Source of the DNA: Octopus sinensis
Taxonomy: Eukaryota
Reading direction: 5' to 3'
Assembly: GCF_006345805.1 (NCBI RefSeq)
Contig: NW_021832875.1
Span: 1 to 34,911 of the forward strand
DNA length: 34,911 bases
Shown: positions 1-10,717 of the stretch, in pieces
How positions within the stretch are numbered: position 1 is the stretch's first letter
Layout: each line of letters begins with the position of its first letter
Translations under genes and position numbers: made by a program
The notes under the pieces: generated by a model
Database searches by the model: none
Told to the model about the DNA's origin: nothing
Seen by the model: the letters and a program-made list of their open reading frames with translations, nothing else

Positions 1-210
1 CACACTGTATCCGTCAATCCTGTCAACATCTACACACTGAGTCTATCCATCCTGTCAACATCTGCATGCTGTGTACAACCATCCAGTCAACACGTCATGT
101 ACACACCGTCACTATGTATCCACTCAACATCTACACACTATGTCCATCCATCCTGTCAACATCTACACACAATGACTGTCAATCCAGTCAACATCTACAC
201 ACAGTGTTTA
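1..210. repeat. Minisatellite, ~32-bp unit
   Basis: TCAACATCTACACAC-like core recurs at 23, 55, 87, 124, 156 and 188 (spacing 32, once 37). Confidence 0.8.
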
Positions 211-431
211 TGTATACATTCAACACTTTATACACTTTGTTTCCATACTCTATTCACGGTGAGATCCAAATATACAACAGCTTTATTATCAAGAGAAGCC
301 AAGGTCAGAATTATTAAGCTGTCTTTCTGGTTAATTACTTTAATTACTTTAACACTAATTAAGAATAAATATTGGAAATTTTCAGAGTTTATTTCAGTGA
401 AACAAGTACAACAAACAAGAATTAGTTTGCG

Positions 432-645
432 ATGACTGAGGTGGTGGAGAGAAGCATGGTGATGGGGGAGGTGGTAATACCTGCAGAGGAGATGGTGGTG
501 GTGGTGGGTGTGGGAGTAGTAGTAATGGTGATGGTAGTGGTCATTGTTGAGGTGGTTGTGGTGGTGGTGGTTGTGGTGGTGGTGGTGGTGGTGTTGGTGG
601 TGGTGGTGATGGTGGTGGTCAAAGCAGTGGTGATGGTAGTGGTGT
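432..645. repeat. (GGT/GTG)n low-complexity tract
   Basis: Visible trinucleotide repeat. Confidence 0.85.
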
Positions 646-659
646 AGAAAGTGTCATTC

Positions 660-791
660 ATACATATATGCACGCCACACCCCGCTCCACACACATATAT
701 ATATATAAACATGCATACATATACATATGCATGAGTATATACATACATACATACATGCATGCATACATACATACATACATACATACATACA

Positions 792-826
<35 letters not shown>

Positions 827-1121
827 GTACATACATACATACTTGCATACATACATACATACACACACACATACATACATATACATACATACATACTTGC
901 ATACATACACACATTTAGAACCATACACATGCATACATGCACACATACACAGGTATACACACACCGCATACATGCATACCTGAGCATGCGATTTACAAGT
1001 TCAAACACATATACACATTCACAAACACACACGTACACACACAAGAAGATACACACATATACACACACACACATGCACTTCACACATCCCAAAATGTCAC
1101 CAGAATCAGAGCCTTATTACC

Positions 1122-1176
<55 letters not shown>

Positions 1177-1180
1177 GTGT
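660..1180. repeat. (CATA)n/(CA)n/(TG)n compound microsatellite
   Basis: Visible repeats. Confidence 0.9.
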
Positions 1181-1334
1181 TGAGACTGATTGATGTGTGT
1201 GCAATGTGGTAGGATGCGTGTATGCGTGAGGATGAAGGTTGTGGCTGTGGGTGTGGAACAAATGAGGAGTGGGAAGCTGAGATGAAGGATAAGTAACTGG
1301 AAGATACAGGTAGAAAGACAAACGGGGAGGTGGG

Positions 1335-1756
1335 GAGGGGAGATTGACAAAGAGACAGACAGACAGACAGAAACAGAAAGTGAGATAGAGAGATGGAGGA
1401 ATAGAGATGGATGGATGGATGGATGGACAGAGACAGACAGAGAGACAGATAGATAGATAAATAGATAGATAAATAGATAGATAGATAGACAGACAGATAG
1501 AGAGATAGATAGAGAGACAGACAGACAGATAGAGAGAGAGATAGAGAGACAGACAGACAGACAGATAGAGAGATAGATAGAGAGATAGACAGACAGACAT
1601 ACAGACAGATAGAGAGAGAGAGATAGATAGATAGAGAGAAAGACAGATAGATAGATAGAGAGATAGATAGAGAGATAGACAGACAGACAGATAGAGATAG
1701 ATAGATAGATAGATTGATAGACAGAGAAAGACAGAACAGACAGACAGATAGGTAGG

Positions 1757-1790
<34 letters not shown>

Positions 1791-1943
1791 AGAGAGAGGG
1801 ATAAGTTTCTTTATTAGCCACACAGGGCCGAAAACAGCAGGGAGAAAAATAAAATGTAGAGCTTTTCCTTTCGAAAAAAAAAATCTGATCAAAAAGGGAT
1901 CGTGTAAAAGAAAGTGATCAAAAGGGATCGTGTAGACAGACAG

Positions 1944-1986
<43 letters not shown>

Positions 1987-1988
1987 TG

Positions 1989-2073
<85 letters not shown>

Positions 2074-2150
2074 ATAAATGGATGGACAGATATAGACAGA
2101 TTAGACAGTTAGATGAATTGATACATAGACGGATAGATAGGTAGATAGTC
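1335..2150. repeat. (AGAT)n/(AGAC)n/(AG)n compound microsatellite, interrupted at ~1800-1935
   Basis: Visible repeats. The interruption holds a SINE-B-like tail (-) and a duplicated TGATCAAAAGGGATCGTGTA. Confidence 0.9.
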
Positions 2151-2330
2151 TATACATATATAATATATATATATATGTATATATATATATAAATATATAT
2201 AAATATAATAGAAATATATATTTAATATTATATAGAGAGAGAGGGAGAGTGTGTGTGTGTGTGTGTGTATATATATATGTATGTACATATATAAGTACAT
2301 ATGTATGTATATATATATATAGTTAATGTA

Positions 2331-2386
<56 letters not shown>

Positions 2387-2521
2387 AGATGTTACTCTTC
2401 TGTAATCAGTAGGATCAACAAATAGTAATGTGCATATCAAATATATAAATGTGTGTGTATGTATGTATGTATGTATATGCATACATATATACGTACATAT
2501 ATGTATATCTATGTACACACA

Positions 2522-2553
<32 letters not shown>

Positions 2554-2690
2554 GGATATATATACATGGATAAATAAATAGCTAGATATAGACAGTTATA
2601 TAAAGATATAGAAAGATAGATAGATAAATGGTTGGATAGATAGACAGGTAGACAGACAGACAGACAGACAAATAGACAGGCAGATAGATA
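2150..2690. repeat. (TA)n/(TATG)n/(AGAC)n microsatellites
   Basis: Visible repeats. Confidence 0.85.
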
Positions 2691-2869
2691 GAAAATGACA
2701 AATGGGGAAGGGAGGGTGGTGGCAATTGAGAATGCCAGCCTCCTGAAGAATGAGTGTTGTCAAGGAAACTGGCAAGGAGCAAGATGGAATGGACCGAGAT
2801 TGTGAAATGAAGCTGTTGCCAATGACAACAGTATTCAGCCACCATCTTGTTGCGATGACAATTACAACG

Positions 2870-4310
2870 ACAATGACAATAACAACGATGACAATGAATA
2901 CGACGATGATGAATGATGGTTGTGATGATGGTGGTAATAGTGAAGATGATAGTGGTGGTGGTGGTGGTGGTGGTGGTGGTGGTGGTGATAATGACGATGA
3001 TGGTGATGATGATATTGATGATGGTGGTGGTGGTGGTGGTGGCGGTGGTGGTGATGATGACGATGATGGTGATGATGATATTGATGATGGTGGTGGTGGT
3101 GGTGGTGGTGGTGGTGGTGATAATGACGATGATGGTGATGATGATTGATGATGGTGGTGGTGGTGGTGGTGTAGAGTGCTACGGTGGAGTGTGGTGGCAA
3201 TAGTGAAGATGATGGTGGTGGTGGTGGTGGTGGTGGTAATAGTGAAGATGATGGTGGTGGTGGTGGTGGTGGTGGTGGTGATAATGACGATGATGGTGAT
3301 GATGATATTGATGATGGTGGTGGTGGTGGTGGTGGCGGTGGCAATAGTGAAGATGATGGTGGTGGTGGTGGTGGTGGTGGTAATAGTGAAGATGATGGTG
3401 GTGGTGGTGGTGGTGGTGGTGATAATGACGATGATGGTGATGATGATATTGATGATGGTGGTGGTGGTGGTGTCGATAGTGGTGTCGATAGTGGTGATGA
3501 TGGTGGTGGTGGTGGTGGCGGTGGCAATAGTGAAGATGATGGTGGTGGTGGTGGTGGTGGTGGCAGTGGTGATAATGACGATGATGGTGGTGGTGGTGGT
3601 GGTGGTGGCGGTGGCAATAGTGAAGATGATGGTGGTGGTGGTGGTGGTGGTGGCGCGGTGGCAATAGTGATGAAGATGATGGTGGTGGTGGTGGTGGTGG
3701 TGGTGGCGGTGGTGATAATGACGATGATGGTGATGATGATATTGATGATGGTGGTGGTGGTGGTGGTGGTGGAAGTGGTAGTGACGATGATGGTGATGAT
3801 GATGATGATGGTGGTGTCGATAGTGGTGATGATGGTGGTGGTGGTGGTGGTGGTATTGGTGGTGGTGGTGGTGGTGGTAGTAGTGGCGGCGATGATAGTG
3901 GTGATAGTGACGATGATGGTGGTGGTGGTGATGGTGGTGGTATTGGTGGTGGTGGAAGTGGTAGTGACGATGATGGTGATGATGATGATGATGGTGGTGG
4001 TGATGGTGGTAGTATTGGTGGTGGTGGTGGAAGTGGTAGTTGTGGCGGCAGTGATAGTGACGATGGTGATGATGTTGATGATGATGTTGATGATGATGGT
4101 GGTGGTGGCGGTAGTGACGATGATGGTGGTGATGGTGATGATGATGATGATAGTGATGACAGCCGTGGCAATGGAAACACCACCACTCGACCATCACCAC
4201 CATCACCACAGTAACAATGAAAGAATACCACTACTACCACAGCCATCACTATCATCACCATCACCTTGACAGTGATCCATGTTCCATCTACTGCTGCTGC
4301 TACTACTACC

Positions 4311-4352
<42 letters not shown>

Positions 4353-4389
4353 GTCACCACCACCACCACAACCACCACCACCACCACCA

Positions 4390-4445
<56 letters not shown>
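2870..4445. repeat. (GGT/GAT)n array with higher-order units, switching to (CAC/TAC)n after ~4180
   Basis: Recurrent blocks GATAATGACGATGATGGTGATGATGATATTGATGAT and GCAATAGTGAAGATGAT separated by (GGT)n runs. Confidence 0.9.
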
Positions 4446-4592
4446 GTTATAATTGTTCTATGCTGCTCCATTAAAGACGCTAGGTCATAACATGCCACGG
4501 TATTTCATGCTCATTTATTAATATATATACATATGTTTACACACACACACATATATATACATATAGACATACATATATATACACACACATAT

Positions 4593-5000
4593 ACTCTTTA
4601 CTCTCTTTTACTTGTTTCAGTCATTTGACTGCGGCCATGCTGGAGCACTGCCTTTAATCGAGCAACTCGACCCCGGGACTTATTCTTTTTTTTGTAAGCC
4701 CAGTACTTATTCTATCGGTCTCTTGTGCCGAACCGCTAAGTAACGGGGACATAAACACACCAGCATTGGTTGTCAAGCAATGCTAGGGGGACAAACACAG
4801 ACACACAAACACGGGCACACATATATATATATACATATATACAACAAGCTTCTTTCAGTTTCCACCTACCAAATCCATTACAAGGTTTTGGTCGGCCCAG
4901 GGCTATAGTAGAAAACACTTGCCCAAGGTGCCACGCAGTGGGACTGAACCCAGAATCATGTGGTTGGTAAACAAGCTATTTACCACATAGCCACTCCCGC
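4593..5000 (-). mobile_element. tRNA-derived SINE family A, full length
   Basis: Head GGAGTGGCTATGTGG (A-box-like) ... GGTTCAGTCCC (B-box-like), internal (TA)n/(TG)n tract, tail GAAACAAGTAAAAGAG. Matches many other copies in the window. Confidence 0.9.
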
Positions 5001-5194
5001 ATATGTGGCTATACCTATACACAAACACACACACTATATATATATTTATGTATATATACATGTATATGCATAAATGTAAATATACACATATACACAGAAT
5101 ACGTTTATATACAAACAGAAATACATGAGTGTATAAATATATACATGCATATATACGACTATATACATATGTGTGTGTCAGTGAGTGTATATAT

Positions 5195-6093
5195 GTTGAA
5201 GGAATCCGGGGTAGAGGTAGACCCAGGAAGGCATATGATGAGGTGGTGAAGCATGACCTTCGAATGTTGGGCCTTGCAGAAGCAATGAGGAAAGACAGAG
5301 ACCTCTGGAGATATGCTGTAACTGTGAAGACCCAGCAAATAAAGTGAGTTCACGGCTGTATCCTACACCAGTTTCGCATAACCAGCCCCAGCCCATTCAA
5401 AAGACCTGCTATGCTTACCTTGGATTGTAGGGCGACCTGCTGTGCTTGAGGAGACCTATTGAGTCAAGTACATCAACATCAAAATGAAAATCAAATGGAA
5501 ATTATAGTTGTGGTACCCGTGCTGGTGGCACATAAAAAGCACCATCCAAATGTGGCCGATGCCAGCGCTGCCTTGACAGCCTTCCATGCTGGTGGCACAT
5601 AAAAAACACCAACCGATCATGGCCATTGCCAGCCTCCTCTGGCCCCTGTGCCGGTGGCACGTAAAAAGCACCATCCAAACGTGGCTGATGCCAGCGCTGC
5701 CTTGACAGGCTTCCATGCTGGTGACACATAAAAAGCACCAACCGATCATGGCCATTGCTAGCCTCCTCTGGCCCCTGTGCCGGTGGCACTTAAAAAGCAC
5801 CATCCAAACGTGGCCGATGCCAGCACTGCCTTGACAGGCTTCCATGCTGGTGGCACATAAAAAGCACCATTGCCAGCCTCCTCTTGCCCCTGTGCCGGTG
5901 GCACATAAAAAGCAGTCACTACACTCATGGAGTGGTTGGCGTTAGGAAGGGCATCCAGCTGTAGAAACACTGCCAGATCAGGCTGGAGCCTGGTGCAGCC
6001 TCCTGGCTTCTCAGACCCCAGTCGAACCATCCAACCCATGTTAGCATGGAAAATGGAGATTAAATGATGATGATGATGATTATGATGATGATG
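5195..6093 (+). mobile_element. 5'-truncated RTE-type LINE: ORF C-terminus, 3' UTR and (GAT)n tail (family C)
   Basis: VEGIRGRGRPRKAYDEVVKHDLRMLGLAEAMRKDRDLWRYAV is typical of the RTE-clade post-RT C-terminus; stop at 5345-5347. Ends GCATGGAAAATGGAGATTAAA(TGA)n like the other C copies. Confidence 0.75.
5524..5920 (+). repeat. Tandem 67/62-bp alternating subunits (129-bp higher-order unit) in the RTE 3' UTR
   Basis: GGTGGCACRTAAAAAGCA-like core at 5524, 5591, 5653, 5720, 5782, 5849 and 5897. Confidence 0.85.
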
Positions 6094-6299
6094 ACATATG
6101 TAATATAGTAATATAGATAGTATAAAGGCTGAATGTGGGTTCTTTCATTGATTGGAAGTTTCCAAAAAAGATTTCTAATTTTGGCTCTTCATACTTTGCT
6201 GGGAATTTACAGGCATAAATTTGTGAAGATATGAAGTTAGTACTTGTATATAATGTATGATGAATTTATGGAATGAAGTTCCATAAATCCCCTCAATTT

Positions 6300-6374
6300 T
6301 GTTAAGAATGGAGGAAACAAGTCATTAAAATTTATAAGAGGATTAATTCTTGCAGACAATCGTTTCGTACAGAG

Positions 6375-6376
<2 letters not shown>
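6300..6376 (-). mobile_element. Probable Penelope-like terminal fragment with the 3' half of an HHR motif
   Basis: Minus strand reads C-GAAA-CGATTG-TC-TGCAAGAATT. The flanking AAGAATGGAG resembles the 17556 element. No intact CUGANGA found. Confidence 0.3.
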
Positions 6377-6424
<48 letters not shown>

Positions 6425-6467
6425 TAAATTCATGACTGAATCAAAAGAAATTAAATATCAACATACA

Positions 6468-6584
6468 GGTGCAGGAGTGGCTGTGTGGTAAGTAGCTTGC
6501 TTACCAACCACATGGTTCTGGGTTCAGTTCCACTGCGTGGCACCTTGGGCAAGTGTCTTCTACTATAGCTTCGGGCCAGCCAAA
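6468..6584 (+). mobile_element. SINE A, 5' fragment
   Basis: GGTGCAGGAGTGGCTGTGTGGTAAGTAGC...GGGCAAGTGTCTTC. Confidence 0.85.
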
Positions 6585-6589
6585 CCCCA

Positions 6590-6815
6590 TAAAAAATAGG
6601 GATTTTCATAGAAAAAAAGCACCTCTTTGATGTAAATAATTTTTGGTGTTAACATGGTCTGATTTGAATATTTTTTTCTATGGAAGGAAGAGCAAGCCAT
6701 CTTCTATCATGCTCTCAATTTTGGTCAACTTGTGCTGCAGGGTTTCGAAGGAGATAGTGTTAGTTGAAGGCTACCAAACCTGCCATACACAGACAACTTC
6801 AGCTTTATATATAGA
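6590..6815 (-). mobile_element. Possible non-autonomous Helitron 5' portion
   Basis: Minus strand begins A|TCTATATATAAAGCTGAAGTTGTCTGTG (TC start after A). No 3' CTAG or hairpin end seen. Confidence 0.3.
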
Positions 6816-7146
6816 TTGTATATATAACATAATTCAAACGTGTAGCTTTTTTGTGCATTTTGTTTGCAGAAAATAAAGAAATAACAGTAATAACGTTTAA
6901 TAAATGTTGCTTACTGCAAGTAATGGATGATTCTTTTATGAATTCATTGCTTTCAGGCTTAGCTTAAGGTATTTTCATGCCCGACATCACAAAATGCGTC
7001 TGAATAAACATTGTTGGACAGCAAATAGAGACGTGGACATTGCTTAGAAAATATTTTTCATTTTTAACCTCGTATATAGTACGCATTAGGGATTTGGACC
7101 GTTAAATTTTGGGAAAAAATGCAGATTATACTCAGGATTTACAGCA
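6816..7146 (-). mobile_element. Possible DNA-transposon (pogo/Tc1-like) terminal remnant
   Basis: Minus strand starts TACATGCTGTAAATCCTGAGTATAATCTGCATTTTTTCCCAAAATTT, which resembles pogo-type termini from memory. Partner TIR not found. Confidence 0.25.
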
Positions 7147-7150
7147 TGTA

Positions 7151-7565
7151 TACTCTTTACTCTTTTACTCTTTTACTTGTTTCAGTCATTTGACTGTGGC
7201 CATGCTGGAGCACCGCCTTTAGTTGAGCATATCGACCCCGGTACTTATTCTTTGTAAGCCTAGTACTTATTCTATCGGTCTCTTTTGCCAAACCGCTAAG
7301 TGACAGTGACGTAAACTCACCAGCATTGGTTGTCAAGCAATGCTGGGGGCACAAACACAGACACACAAACACATACACACACATACATATATATATATAC
7401 ATATATACGACAGGCTTCTTTCAGTTTCCATCTACCAAATCCACTCGCAAGGCATTGGTCAGCCCGGGGCTATAGCAGAAGACACTTGCCCAAGATGCCA
7501 CACAGTGGGACTGAACCCGGAAACATGTGGCTGGTTAGCAAGCTACTTACCACACAGCCACTCCT
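7151..7565 (-). mobile_element. SINE A, full length
   Basis: Head, core and (AAAAGAGT)n tail all present. Confidence 0.9.
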
Positions 7566-7860
7566 GTTGTGTTTATAAATATGAGAAAATGAATTTGAAA
7601 ATGTAGTTCAATGGGGCAAAAGAAAGAGAGTAAAAAATAAAAGTCTGGCTAGGGATGTGTTGGTAATACAGAAGGTATATTTTAGTATATATAAAAAGAT
7701 TATTTCAGAGGTAATAATCCAGCTTAGTATTATGTGAGAAGGAATTAGAATGGCAGTATGGTTGTAATGGTATTTGAGTTGTAGGTGTGCCAGGCCAGTA
7801 TGAATATGAAAAAAAAATATGAGTAGAAAGGTATACATAAGTGTATGAAAATTTACACAT

Positions 7861-8424
7861 AGGCAAAGGAGTGGCTGTGTGGTAAGTAGCTTGCTTACCA
7901 ACCACATGGTTCCAGGTTCAGTCCCACTGCATGGCTCCTAGGGCAAGTGTCTTCTGCTATAGCCTCAGGCCGACCAAAGCCTTGTGAGTGGATTTCGTAG
8001 ACGGAAACTGAAAGAAGCCCGTCGTATATATGTGAGTGGCTGTGTGGTAAGTAGCTTGCTTACCAACCACATGGTTCCAGGTTCAATCCCACTGTGTGGT
8101 ACCTTGAGCAAGTGTCTTCTAATATAGCCTCGGGCCAACCAAAGCCTTGTGAGTGGATTTGGTAGACAGAAACTGAAAGAAGCCCGCCGTATATATGTAT
8201 AAGTATATATATGTGTGTGTGTTTGTGTGTCTGTGTTTGTCCCCCCAGCATTGCTTGACAACCAATGCTGGTGTGTTTACGTCCCCGTAACTTAGCGGTT
8301 TGGCAAAAGAGACCAATAGAATAAGAACTAGGCTTACAAAGAATAAGTCCTGGGGTCGATTTGCTAGACTAAAGGCGGTGCTCCAGCATGGCCACAATCA
8401 AATGACTGAAGCAAGTAAAAGAGT
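7861..8424 (+). mobile_element. SINE A head-to-tail dimer: 5' half (7861-8033) plus full copy (8034-8424)
   Basis: Head restarts at GAGTGGCTGTGTGG right after the internal TA tract. Confidence 0.9.
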
Positions 8425-8930
8425 ATAATATAGAATAAAAATAATCTAATAAGGAGAAGAGTGTGTGTATGTTTTGTCATACCTGTGTACAGACATATTT
8501 ACATATGAGTATATAGGTACAGGAATTCTTATAGATATACGATTAAGATATACATGTAAAGAAACTGTACAAATATACCCATACAGGTGCAAAAAAGGGG
8601 GCACACACATATACATATAACTACACACACATAATAAATTACATGTATATGTATGCGAATATAGATATATATATATGCAGAAACACACGTTCTTATTAAT
8701 ATACATGTCTGTACCTACATATAAAAGTACCTACATATAAAATTTACACTCCAAGGTACATATAAGATCCATACTTACATATATAATGTATATATATATG
8801 TATATATAATAAGCATGTATATAAGCACATGCATGCCCACACAAACACAGCTCCAACTATTGTTGTATACAGCTACATCCATATGTACATATAAATATAC
8901 ATACATATACACACATATATATATATATAT

Positions 8931-9143
8931 AGGGAGAGTTTACGAAAAAAACAAAAGATGAAGACAGGTGGTGTACAAAACAAACAGATGTATAAGTATA
9001 ACGCTCAGGAATAGAAAAAGTCTTTTATGTTTCGAGCCTATGCTCTTCTACAGAAAGGGACACAGAAAAAACAAGGAGAGAAACAAGGAGAGAAAAAAAG
9101 GAGAGAAAAAAATGTGTGTAGTGGCTAACGATCTATCATGGCG
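8931..9143 (-). mobile_element. Penelope-like solo terminal repeat between TA-rich tracts
   Basis: Contains a minimal HHR-like motif and the downstream TTCCTGAGCGT shared with the 15670 element. Confidence 0.55.
9022..9057 (-). ncRNA. Minimal type I HHR-like motif, variant core
   Basis: CTTT-CTGTAGA-A-GAGC(ATAG)GCTC-GAAA-CAT-A-AAAG: stem I CTTT/AAAG, stem II GAGC/GCTC, core A6 changed to U. Confidence 0.5.
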
Positions 9144-9462
9144 AACATGTACAGGTATATAAATATGTATATACTTATATATATGTCTGTGTGTGTATTT
9201 ATACATATATATATATATATATATATCTATATATATATATATATATACACACAAATGAAAGAAAATGGAATTAACAAGATTCTTTGCATAGCATTCACTG
9301 ACGTTTTCACCTGAATCTCAATTAACTAATTTACATATATACGTGTGCTTTTGTGTGAGTACACACACACACACACACACATATATAAATATATGTGGGT
9401 AATAATTCCAAGAAGTGAGACGTGTTTTGGAGAATATAAGAGAAATGGAAAACGGAGACAAA

Positions 9463-9810
9463 TGCACAAGATGTTATTTAAATCATTTATATCACCAACA
9501 TATGTTTCGATAAATACATTAAAATTAATCCGGGAGGAAAAATAATGTCGAATGATGTATCAATCTCATTAGGGAGGATATTATAAATAATAGTGTTCAT
9601 TAATAAGCCATCTTCACAGATGTAAGAATTTATAGTAATATAATTTCTTACATCTGTAATGATGACTTATTAATAAACACTTTTATTTATAATCGCCTCC
9701 TTGATAAGATTGATACTTTATTCCACATTATTTTTCCTCCCAGATTAAGTTTTATGCATCTATCAAAACGTATGTCAGCGATATATAGGATTTAAATAAC
9801 ATCTTGTGCA
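9463..9810. mobile_element. ~350-bp imperfect palindrome made of two head-to-head HHR-bearing Penelope-like repeats
   Basis: Outer 22 bp are a perfect inverted repeat (TGCACAAGATGTTATTTAAATC); centre ACAGATGTAAGAA...TTCTTACATCTGT. Each arm carries a degenerate CUGAUGA...GAAACRTATGTY motif. Confidence 0.75.
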
Positions 9811-9817
9811 ATTCTCC

Positions 9818-9887
9818 AATCTGGGAATTGAACTCACAACCTTACAATAATAAGCACAACGCTTAAACCACTGAGCCTTGCACCTTC
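9818..9887 (-). mobile_element. tRNA-like SINE head fragment (additional family)
   Basis: GAAGGTGCAAGGCTCAGTGGTTTAAGCG...GTGAGTTCAATTCCC with A- and B-box-like motifs. Confidence 0.55.
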
Positions 9888-9929
9888 ATATATATGTATA
9901 TATATATATATATATATATGCACATATTA

Positions 9930-9975
9930 AATAAAATGGGACACCAAAGCTTCGGCTTTGATGTCCCATTTTATT
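9930..9975 (+). other. 46-nt hairpin with C(UUCG)G loop
   Basis: AATAAAATGGGACA-C-CAAAGC-TTCG-GCTTTG-A-TGTCCCATTTTATT: 14 bp, one mismatch, 6 bp. Confidence 0.8.
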
Positions 9976-10110
9976 GAACATATACATGCTCATTAGACTC
10001 ATATTATTATCAAACCGAGAGTTTAAGGTCCTTTCTTAGCACTTATATAGTGTCACCTGTAACCTTGGATCTTCTGGATAGCAACACCTCTCATGACAGA
10101 CGACATACCA

Positions 10111-10310
10111 CCGGGCGAAATGCTTAGCGGTATGTCGTCTGTTGTTACGTTCTGAGTTCAAATTCCGCCGAGGTCGACTTTGTCTTTCATCCTTTCGGGG
10201 TCGATAAATTAAGTACCAGTTATGCACTGGGGTCGATATAATCGACTTAATCCTTTGTCTGTCCTTGTTTGTCCCCTCTATGTTTAGCCCCTTGTGGGCA
10301 GTAAAGAAAT
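10111..10310 (+). mobile_element. tRNA-derived SINE family B, 5'-truncated
   Basis: CCGGGCGAAATGCTTAGCGG...GAGTTCAAATTCCGCCGAGGTCGAC...CCCCTTGTGGGCAGTAAAGAAAT. Confidence 0.85.
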
Positions 10311-10340
10311 ATATATATATGTGTGTGTGTGTATATAAAT

Positions 10341-10414
<74 letters not shown>

Positions 10415-10619
10415 ATATATACACACACACACACATATATTTGTATATTTACATATATATATATGAACATGTGCTGCAATAGCTTGGGTTCTAGGGCCCT
10501 GCCAAAACATCTGGGGGAATTTCTGCTCTTTAATGTCCCAGATTAATCTATATCAAAATAGGTCACCTTCACCAAAAGCCAGTTACATAAGAATGGCCAT
10601 TGAGAAGGTGGTTACACTG

Positions 10620-10678
10620 GTGATGCTGCAGCATGGCCACAGCCTTAGGGCAGAAACATAAAGGAATAAAAGAATATA
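10620..10678 (+). mobile_element. Orphan retroposon 3' tail
   Basis: GCAGCATGGCCACAGCCTTAGGGCAGAAAC followed by an A-rich end. Confidence 0.55.
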
Positions 10679-10717
10679 CGTATATATTATCATCATCATC
10701 ATCATCGCCGTCATCGC

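Noticed and set aside
422-1892. ORFs of the YIHT, VCMY and LSIY type
   Set aside because: Translations of (CATA)n, (TG)n and (AGAT)n microsatellites. The same applies to similar ORFs throughout the window.
1886-1934. Duplicated TGATCAAAAGGGATCGTGTA
   Set aside because: A short local tandem duplication between microsatellites with no further support; possibly an assembly junction.
2738-2782. CTGAAGA...GAAA resembling an HHR core
   Set aside because: Poor stem II, no stem III and no NUH cleavage triplet.
2596-4498. Long ORFs (up to 537 aa) rich in His/Thr/Pro or Gly/Asp/Val
   Set aside because: They are stop-free translations of the (GGT/GAT)n array in several frames on both strands, with no non-repetitive domain or splice context.
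5524-5920. CRISPR-like repeat-spacer appearance
   Set aside because: The spacers are themselves repeated (alternating two types), the context is a eukaryotic LINE 3' UTR, and there are no cas genes.
7330-7606. Recurrent ~60-120 aa ORFs (MSSNAGGTNTDTQT..., MLGGQTQTHKH...)
   Set aside because: They recur only because they are translations of SINE A; there is no evidence of a protein family.
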